From NCBI GenBank assembly GCA_963662665.2, contig CAXXJS010000042.1, positions 1 through 30,143 of the forward strand: a stretch of DNA of 30,143 bases, read 5' to 3'. Shown here one piece after another: positions 1 to 6,947 of this stretch (position 1 is its first letter; the number at the start of each line of letters is the position of its first letter). Source of the stretch: Candidatus Latescibacterota bacterium (GTDB lineage Bacteria > Latescibacterota > UBA2968 > GCA-2709665). The notes beneath the pieces are model-generated. The model saw only the letters and a program-made list of their open reading frames with translations. It did not search any database and was not told where the DNA came from. Made by a program: the position numbers and the translations under genes.

Positions 1-716
1 CGTCAGTGAAGGCACGATTGTGGACGCCACGATCATCCATGCGCCGTCGTCGACGAAGAACCGGGAGCGCAAACGGACCCCGAGATGAAAAGCACGAAGA
101 AGGGCAACACCTGGTATTTCGGCATGAAGGCCCATGTGGGCGCCGATGTGAAGGGGCGGGTGCACAGCGTGGTGACCACCGCAGCTTCGGTGCATGACTC
201 GAAGGTGATGGACGCGTGCCTGCATGGAAAGGAGCGGACGATCTACGGCGACAAGGCCTATGCGGACCAGACGCGAAAGGAGCAGGCCGAATCCAATGAC
301 ATCGAATGGCGCGTGCTTCGCAAGGCCCGCCGGGGTAAGCGTCTCAACTGCGCGGATGTGTCGTTCAACAAGAAGAGCAATCGCACACGTGCACGGGTCG
401 AACATCCCTTTGGTGTCATCAAGCACCTGTGGGGCTATCGCAAGGTCAGGTACCGCGGTCTGGCGAAGAATACCGCCCATCTGTTCACCTTGTTTGCTTT
501 GGCCAACTTCTATATGACACGTCAGGAACTGGCCACGCCATAGGCACCCGTGCGTCCAAATCGGGCGCTGGTGGCCAAAATGGCCGGCACGGAACGCATC
601 CGGGGCCGGAATCACCTACGGAAACCTACAAGATGACGACCCCTTCATCATAAACAGCCTCTGAAACCACCCATAAACTGCAACTTGCTCAAACCATCTT
701 GTTGATCAGAGGTTCC
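1..716 (+). mobile_element. IS5-family (IS5 subgroup) insertion sequence, right-hand part; left end lies outside the window
   Basis: DDE transposase motifs plus a terminal TTGATCAGAGGTTCC (702-716; reverse complement GGAACCTCTGATCAA, typical of IS5-subgroup ends), followed directly by CTAA, which fits the YTAR target preference. Confidence 0.9.
2..543 (+). pseudogene. IS5 transposase, 5'-truncated by the window and frameshifted at about 74-76
   Basis: Frame 2 reads GTIVDATIIHAPSSTKNRERKR and stops at 86-88. Frame 1 continues DPEMKSTKKGNTWYFGMKAHVG...YGDKAY...RARVEHPFGVIK...KVRYRGLAKN. One G is missing (cggGac read as cggac). Could be a real lesion or a sequencing error. Confidence 0.8.
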
Positions 717-720
717 CTAA
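702..720 (+). repeat. IS5 right terminal inverted repeat (702-716) plus putative 4-bp target duplication CTAA (717-720)
   Basis: Sequence ttgatcagaggttcc|ctaa about 160 bp downstream of the transposase stop. The matching left IR is not in the window. Confidence 0.75.
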
Positions 721-825
721 GGCGAGGAATAACTAGACTGGATGCCGAATGGATGTGAGGTGCAGAATTGCACTGCATTGTATGGGAAAGGCGTCCCACC
801 CTTGGATCTCGCGGCCGGTATGCAA

Positions 826-1392
826 TCAACCACGGTCGTCCGCCCTGACCCAGGTCTAGGGCACCCGGAGTATCCATCTTGTGATCATGCGCGGCGACTC
901 GAGCGCCGGATCAAGTATGACATGACCCTTGGTGAGACTCTCCCGGCAGGATTCGACCTGCAGCGCGCCATCGCGGTGACGTTCGGCAAGAAAACCGATC
1001 CACTTGAACACTGAGGGGTTTCCGAGACGTGCGGCATAGCTGAGAAGCGCGTCTTCGTCGCGGTTATTGCAGGAAAGGTACGCCGACAATCAGTCGACAA
1101 CGTGCTGGATTTCTCCGCCCAGGACCGGATCATCCAGAATGTCGGCCATCTTGCGTTGGATGTTGGAGACGACGAACCCGCCTTTGCCGCACCAGATTGC
1201 CCTGGTCTCGAAAATCCTGCCTTCGTCGATATGTTTCAGACTGAACCGTTTGCCGTGGAGTCACGGGGATTTCTTGCGACACCAGGGAAACAATGTCGTT
1301 GAAAGTCTGCTCGGTAAGGTCCCAGTGCTCCACGGCACAGCGCTCTCAGACATAGGCCGGATCGAAAAAGCAGAGTGCAAGAATCCAAGGAT
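826..1392 (-). pseudogene. Degraded type IV toxin-antitoxin AbiEi-family antitoxin/transcriptional regulator
   Basis: Stitched translation: YPWILALCFFDPAYV*ERCAVEHWDLTEQTFNDIV /frameshift/ FSLKHIDEGRIFETRAIW...IQRKMADILDDPVLGGEIQHVVD*LSAYL...LGNPSVFKWIGFLAE...LDPALESPRMITRWILRVP*. This matches recalled AbiEi motifs (EHWDLTEQ, DMLDDPxLGGG, GAVFKRLGFLAE, RWRLWVP). In-frame stops lie at 1346-1348 and 1090-1092, and the N-terminal HTH part is not recognisable. Confidence 0.75.
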
Positions 1393-1656
1393 AACAAAGT
1401 CCTAATATTCACCCCTTGGTCACCAGCAAATATACCCAGTCTTCTCTCCTGAACACGTTAGTCCCTTTCTGTAAAGATATCGTCCCGCCAACCTGAGTTC
1501 TCGGATTTGTATGCACCACGGATTCTCAATGTTTAACAGCAGCCGAATCTGAAAGACTCAATAATGCGCAGACGACTTACCGAAGAAACGCATCCGCCGC
1601 CCGCGCACCATAGATTATGCATCCTGTCTCCATGGTGTACGATTGATTTCAGATAA

Positions 1657-2862
1657 TCAATGAATGCCGATGTTCTGCCAGAAGATACCCCATGCGAACC
1701 AGAATCCGTTGTGCGAGGGCAATTGAGTCAGCTGTCTGCCCTCGTGCGTTCCGTCCACGCCCTCTCCTTTCAGGTTCCAGGTGGTTCCGGTTTCCGTGTC
1801 TTTCAGCATGAAGGGATACGCGCTGTGCGTTGAATTCACCTTCTCGAACGTCAGCGTGGTTGCCTGTCCGTTGACGTCGATCTCGCGCGAGAAAGGAATG
1901 GCCAACTGGGCGTCCCGGTAGTGGACGACCACGATGGGATGCTGCATCGAGCCTTCTGAGATCACGTCGTTGATGACGTCTTCGGTGTGCATGGCCAGGA
2001 AGGGATAGGCCTTGACCATCTCCCCGAAGCGGACGCCCATGGCCAGATCTTTCGAGCCGAAGAGCACCGACGTGTCTGTGTCCGTTTTGGGGAAAATGAA
2101 ATACTCGTGTTCCGTCCGATAATCCAGCCTTCCGTCGATGTACGGATACTCAGTGTATTGGCTCGCCGGATAGCCGGCTGCGTTTGCGTCGATCACCCTT
2201 GTGTCGGGATGGATCCGTTTCCAGTATCCCCACGTGCACTCGGTCACCGGCAGCAATTCCAGTTCCTCGCCCTGCCGGGGGCCCAGTACCGCCTTGTAGA
2301 TCATCTGAGGATAGAGCGACTGCCTGTCCCGCCGGTCGTACATGATCAGGTTGTTGTTGAAGAGCAGGCCCGATACGCCAACGTGAATGCGTTCGCCGTC
2401 CGCAGCCACACCGTTGAAGACCATTCCCGTGCCGGTCAGTGGGCAGAGCGTCACGATCACGCTTTCGTCACCCGCCGTATCGTTGATGATCTCGTGCCAC
2501 CAGCCGATGTTGTGGGGATAGGCCCTGGGCTCTCCGTTGATCACGATTCCCATCACAATATCGTCGTCCCGCAGATACCCCGCACCCGAGGCGCCGGCGC
2601 TGACGAAATCGGGATCGGTCACCGCGGGAATACAGTCCGCACCTGCACAGCCTGAAATGATCGCGTCGAGCGGAAATGAAGCCACGTCCAGGAAGTTTCC
2701 GCCGGCCCGGGGGGCGCGCGCGTGCTGGCTGCCGCTGTCCGTGGTCGTCCCCGAACCCCCACCGGCGCCGCCTGTCGGACCCGTCGTAACACCGCCGCCG
2801 TTCCCACCACAGGCAACAAATAATACAGCGAGAATCAAGGGAAACGAAAAGAGTCGCTTCAT
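1657..2862 (-). CDS. DUF3179 domain lipoprotein
   Basis: Lipobox (LFVAC) then a Gly/Thr linker; motifs DCIPAVTDP, RAYP...WHEIIND, CPLTGTG, GVSGLLFNNNLIMYDR, GFWFAW. RBS AAGGAGG upstream. Confidence 0.85.
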   Translation of the reverse strand: MKRLFSFPLILAVLFVACGGNGGGVTTGPTGGAGGGSGTTTDSGSQHARAPRAGGNFLDVASFPLDAIISGCAGADCIPAVTDPDFVSAGASGAGYLRDDDIVMGIVINGEPRAYPHNIGWWHEIINDTAGDESVIVTLCPLTGTGMVFNGVAADGERIHVGVSGLLFNNNLIMYDRRDRQSLYPQMIYKAVLGPRQGEELELLPVTECTWGYWKRIHPDTRVIDANAAGYPASQYTEYPYIDGRLDYRTEHEYFIFPKTDTDTSVLFGSKDLAMGVRFGEMVKAYPFLAMHTEDVINDVISEGSMQHPIVVVHYRDAQLAIPFSREIDVNGQATTLTFEKVNSTHSAYPFMLKDTETGTTWNLKGEGVDGTHEGRQLTQLPSHNGFWFAWGIFWQNIGIH

Positions 2863-3019
2863 TCCGGACCTCCTTCACGTGTCGCCGGGCGTCTTAAATC
2901 TGAAGCAGTCGGCTGGCAAACTCTGTTGCGAAGCGTCTTACATTAATGCTCAGACGCACATTACGTGTACGTTAATTCACGCTGCTCACGCACAGCAGGC
3001 GTTCAAACCCCCCTCCGCA

Positions 3020-4750
3020 TCAGGGGGAGTGACGACACCGACAGACGGGCTTCCGTGTTCCATTGTCTATTCGGATGCGATATAACTCCGATATATCGCG
3101 GATTAGAACACAATATACCGTGTACTTGACCGATTGTAAACCTTCCCGTTGCGGATAAATCGATGCGTGCAGACAGGAATGTCTGCTCCACCCGGTCGAA
3201 CGTTCGTTCGGAATATCGCCTGAACGCATCAGCCATTCTGGTCGAGACGCCTGGCTGCCGAAAGCTCGTGCGAACAGGATGAAATCGCCGAATCCGACGA
3301 CCCCATCCATATCCAGATCGAATCTGGCATCGGGCGATTCAAGCCGTCCGACTGCTCGACCGAAGGCCTCCGCGAACTTCACGAAATCTCCGAAATCCAC
3401 GCCACCGCTGTCGTTGAAATCCACGCCGGCTGACGCGCGGGTCTGCAGGAATAGTTGCCATATATATTGATATATGGGATCCTCAATCCGTTTGATCAGG
3501 GCATAGGTGACCACCCCTTCGGCGAATCCGTTCCGCATTTGCGAGATCGCCATTCGCACCTTGTCCTGGATCCTGAAAGGTGTTGCCGGCGGCCCGTTTC
3601 GTTTCTCGAACTGACCCGGGTGCGCCGCAATCATCACCACGAGCGGTATGTGGAATTGACCCGTACCCTGATACGCCGGCAGCGTTGACACCCGCCAGGG
3701 CCCCGGCTGTTCCGACGACCAGTCGCCGTCTTCGTCCAGACCGTCGAATTCGATGCCGTGAAATTCCACTTCCACGCCAAAATTGGACACCGCCTTCCGG
3801 TCGTACACCCTGAAGACTACCTCCGCCTGATTCTTTCCCTCCACGTAGCGCGTAACATCCACGCTCACGCGCCTCCACTCCCTGTTACCGCCGCCCACGT
3901 CTTCGTCCCATACGACGTCCCCGTCTACCAGGAGTTCCTTGAAGTGGTATCCCTCGGTAGGACCGGTATAATCGTCACGCTGCGAAAACCGGATCCCGGC
4001 CCGCTCGCCGTGAGAGACGCGCATTTGCCGGCGGATGGAAGCGGTCGAACCGGCGGTGGAACGCGTCTGCCAGGGAAAGGAGATGCGGTGCCGCTCCGGC
4101 TCATTGATCCGGTCGTTGAGGAAACGCCATGCCCGCCGCACGGCGCCCTCATCGGGCGGGTAAGCAGCAACCACGCCGTCGATCAGAGGCCCATAGTCCC
4201 TCACGAAGGCACCGTCGATCTCGTGATAATACATCAGGGGCAGGAAACGGATTCCGGAGTTGAACGTCCTCGCACGCGTCATCATGGTCTCGACGTAAGC
4301 CGGGGTATAGAACGCCGCGTTTGCCATGAAGTCGTCGATGACGAACGCCTTCAGATTCGGATGAATCACGCCGAGCCTGGCGATTTCCTCGGCCCATCTG
4401 ACGTAGTCCAGGCGAAATGGCTCGGAATACCGCGTTCCGTAAATGGGGGGACTCTCCGAAGGCGGCACAAGATAGGCACAGACGTCAATGCCCGCCGTTC
4501 GCGCCGCGGGCAAAAAGAGCTTCAGATCGTCCCAGTCCGTTTCGGCGTGCCAGATGAGATAGAAATAGGTATCCACCCTGAGTTGGGTCAGGCGCGCAAT
4601 CATGCGCTCCACGTCCAGCCGGCCGTCGCCGCGGCGGAGCTCTGCATTATAGTCGGCGAGAAGTCCTGGTTTATCGAGAAAATCACCGCGGGCATACGCG
4701 TCGGCCGGCCCGGAAAACGTGATCAGACCCCAGAGCATCCACCACAACAT
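3020..4750 (-). CDS. Secreted putative glycoside-hydrolase-like (TIM-barrel) protein with inserted beta-sandwich and C-terminal dockerin-like double EF-hand; the last ~75 aa are probably a non-functional extension
   Basis: Signal-peptide-like N-terminus ending AYA. Alternating strand/helix pattern (YFYLIW, VCAYLVPP, AFVIDDF, FLPLMY, DGVVAAY). DFNDSGGVDFGDFVKFAEAFG...FDLDMDGVVGFGDFILFARAFG at about 3258-3424. The gene is well supported; the catalytic family is uncertain. Confidence 0.7.
   Translation of the reverse strand: MLWWMLWGLITFSGPADAYARGDFLDKPGLLADYNAELRRGDGRLDVERMIARLTQLRVDTYFYLIWHAETDWDDLKLFLPAARTAGIDVCAYLVPPSESPPIYGTRYSEPFRLDYVRWAEEIARLGVIHPNLKAFVIDDFMANAAFYTPAYVETMMTRARTFNSGIRFLPLMYYHEIDGAFVRDYGPLIDGVVAAYPPDEGAVRRAWRFLNDRINEPERHRISFPWQTRSTAGSTASIRRQMRVSHGERAGIRFSQRDDYTGPTEGYHFKELLVDGDVVWDEDVGGGNREWRRVSVDVTRYVEGKNQAEVVFRVYDRKAVSNFGVEVEFHGIEFDGLDEDGDWSSEQPGPWRVSTLPAYQGTGQFHIPLVVMIAAHPGQFEKRNGPPATPFRIQDKVRMAISQMRNGFAEGVVTYALIKRIEDPIYQYIWQLFLQTRASAGVDFNDSGGVDFGDFVKFAEAFGRAVGRLESPDARFDLDMDGVVGFGDFILFARAFGSQASRPEWLMRSGDIPNERSTGWSRHSCLHASIYPQREGLQSVKYTVYCVLIRDISELYRIRIDNGTRKPVCRCRHSP
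3077..3099. promoter_or_regulatory. Perfect 8-bp inverted repeat (GCGATATA-N7-TATATCGC), candidate operator
   Basis: Lies just downstream of the predicted transcription start of the minus-strand promoter at 3112-3140. Confidence 0.4.
3112..3140 (-). promoter_or_regulatory. Sigma70-type promoter, probably for the DUF3179 gene
   Basis: Minus strand TTTACA-N17-TATATT, 5/6 match in each box, within an AT-richer patch. Confidence 0.55.
3169..3191 (-). repeat. Single REP-like palindrome GTGGA-GCAGACA-TTCC-TGTCTGC
   Basis: GTGG foot followed by a perfect 7-bp stem and 4-nt loop, the architecture of RAYT-associated REPs. Only one copy in the window. Confidence 0.55.
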
Positions 4751-4761
4751 TGGCGCGTTCC

Positions 4762-4790
4762 TTGACTAAATCCCATGTTCCATATATTTT
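4762..4790 (+). promoter_or_regulatory. Sigma70-type promoter for the DUF6785 gene
   Basis: TTGACT-N17-TATTTT in the AT-rich 105-bp divergent intergenic region. Confidence 0.45.
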
Positions 4791-4855
4791 ATTCACCCCA
4801 CAGGCAAGCCCGTTGCCCTTTGGTAACCTATTCAATCTAACAACATTCCCGGCAA

Positions 4856-6847
4856 ATGGCACTGCCAAAACCGCAAGTACCCAACATCGAATCGCAAGCC
4901 GTCCACCAGGACCGGGGAATCACGCTCCGCTCGGTGGGAATGGGTGTCCTCGTATCGGCACTCGCCAGCGGCTGGGTCGCCTATTCACGCACGGCCGCGG
5001 ATACATCGGCGGTCAATATCACCCACCTGCCCGTTTCCTTTTTCGCCATCTTCCTTGTCGTCCTCACGATAAACCTGATCCTTCGCAGGAGGCCCGGTTC
5101 GTCCGGTCTGGGCCCCTCGGAGATGCTCACGATCATCGCAATGGGCCTCGTTGCCGCGATGATCCCCGCAAGGGGGCTCACCGGCATCTGGCTCGGCCTG
5201 ATGGCCGTTCCGTATTACCGAAGTACTCCTGAAAACGGATGGATCGACTATGTCCAGCCTCACCTCCCGGACTATCTGTTTCCAACCAATGACGGCAATC
5301 AGACGACCCTGCTTTACGAAGGCTTGCCGAGCGGTGCGGCGATACCCTGGAACGTGTGGTACCTTCCGCTGTTCTGGTGGCTCACGCTCGTTCTGGCGGG
5401 GTTCACCGTTTGCGTCTGCATCACGGTGATACTTAGAAGACAGTGGGTCGAATACGAACGTCTGGACTATCCGCTGCTGGCGCCCATTCTTGAAACCATA
5501 GACGACGTCCACGACGCTTCCGGCAGAAACAAGTGGCCGGACTACTTCAAGGGCCGTCTGTTCTGGATCGGCTTCTGGATCGCCTTCGGCATTATCGGCT
5601 GGAACATGATTTCGTATTTCCAGCCCACGTGGCCGCGCATCAGCATGAGTCCCAACAGGGGCCTGTTCTATTTCGCCCGGGTTTTTCCGCCGCTGCTCAC
5701 CCATATCAATACGTACACGATCGGCTTCGGATATTTCGTCAAGCTGGAAATTCTCTTCTCGATATGGTTCTTCCACTTCCTGCTGATGTCCGAGATCGCG
5801 CTGATCCGCAAGACCGGCTTTCAATTCGGCCGCATGCACCAGTCCGGCGGCGGGTGGGGCGATCCGCTCGTCCAATGGCAGTGCCTGGGCGCGCTGTTCG
5901 TCTTCGTGGGCTGGGGATTCTGGGCGGCGCGACACCACCTCAAGGACGTGTTCCGCAAAGCGTTTTTCAACGAACCGGGCGTGGACGATTCCGGGGAGAT
6001 TCTCTCGTACCGCACGGCCGTTATCGGGTTCATCGCGGGCAACCTGTACATTGTTGCATGGCTGCACCAGGCGGGCGTCGAACTGGCATTGATGGCCATC
6101 ACCGTTCCGGCCTCGATCATCATCTACATCGCGCTGGCCAGGTTCGTCTGCGAGTCCGGCACATTGTACCTGGGTCTGCCCACCAGCCCGCTGGATATGG
6201 GCTATCAGATCCTGGGTACGGAGACTATTTCCGCGAGGGTCCTTACCTCCTCGGCCACGTCGCACGCCCTGCGGTGGATGTATTTCATGCCGGCGCTCTC
6301 CCAGGGCGCGAAGGCCATCGACCGCGTGAAAGGCAACCGCCGCGTGCTGTTCTGGGCCATACTCGGGGGCCTGGTCACCGCGCTGGCCGTGAACATCTGG
6401 ATGGTGCTCTACCTCGGATACAAATACGGCGCATTCAACTTCACGGAATACCCGTTCACGAGATACGCGCCACGCCTCTACGACGCCGTTGTCGCGAATA
6501 TCAAATCGCCGGAACCGGCCTCCTGGGAACGTTTGGTGCTGTTCGGATTCGGCGGCATCCTGATGGCGGCGCTCACGCTCCTGCGTTACCGGCTACCGTG
6601 GTGGCCGCTGCATCCCGTGGGCTTCATCGTGACCACGACCAGCCTGCTGCACGAAATCACCGCCATCCTCATCGTCTGGCTGTTCAAAGCCATCGTCATG
6701 CGCGTGGGCGGCGTGGGGCTGTACCGCTATTTCCGTCCCCTGTTCTTCGGGATCATCGTCGGCCGGGCCACGGGCGTTCTGGTCTCCTTCATTGTCGACC
6801 TGATCTGGTTTCCCGGCGGGGGCCACCACGTCCACGGATGGGCGTAG
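4856..6847 (+). CDS. DUF6785/DUF6784 polytopic inner-membrane protein (putative transporter)
   Basis: 663 aa with many hydrophobic segments. Family-typical motifs: STPENGW, IPWNVWYLPLFWW, LRRQWVEYERLDYPL, EILFSIWFF, LRYRLPWWPLHPVG, GGVGLYRYFRPLFFGIIVG. Confidence 0.8.
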   Translation: MALPKPQVPNIESQAVHQDRGITLRSVGMGVLVSALASGWVAYSRTAADTSAVNITHLPVSFFAIFLVVLTINLILRRRPGSSGLGPSEMLTIIAMGLVAAMIPARGLTGIWLGLMAVPYYRSTPENGWIDYVQPHLPDYLFPTNDGNQTTLLYEGLPSGAAIPWNVWYLPLFWWLTLVLAGFTVCVCITVILRRQWVEYERLDYPLLAPILETIDDVHDASGRNKWPDYFKGRLFWIGFWIAFGIIGWNMISYFQPTWPRISMSPNRGLFYFARVFPPLLTHINTYTIGFGYFVKLEILFSIWFFHFLLMSEIALIRKTGFQFGRMHQSGGGWGDPLVQWQCLGALFVFVGWGFWAARHHLKDVFRKAFFNEPGVDDSGEILSYRTAVIGFIAGNLYIVAWLHQAGVELALMAITVPASIIIYIALARFVCESGTLYLGLPTSPLDMGYQILGTETISARVLTSSATSHALRWMYFMPALSQGAKAIDRVKGNRRVLFWAILGGLVTALAVNIWMVLYLGYKYGAFNFTEYPFTRYAPRLYDAVVANIKSPEPASWERLVLFGFGGILMAALTLLRYRLPWWPLHPVGFIVTTTSLLHEITAILIVWLFKAIVMRVGGVGLYRYFRPLFFGIIVGRATGVLVSFIVDLIWFPGGGHHVHGWA

Positions 6848-6947
6848 CTTTGCGTGCCGGATTTCCATTCCCTTCTTGACAGACCTCCCCGTTTCTGCGT
6901 TATTTTCTTCGAACAAAAACCGTGTCATTTCGCTGGAGGATCTGCCT

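Noticed and set aside
1090-1348. In-frame TGA codons as selenocysteine or stop-codon recoding
   Set aside because: They come with a frameshift and many substitutions, and intact genes in the window use TGA as a normal stop.
2914-2929. TGGCAAACTCTGTTGC as a second sigma-54 site
   Set aside because: Spacing is one base too long and it faces away from the adjacent gene.
6876-6906. Perfect TTGACA upstream of the CRTAC1 gene
   Set aside because: The best -10 (TATTTT) is 19 bp away. Plausible, but too weak to call.
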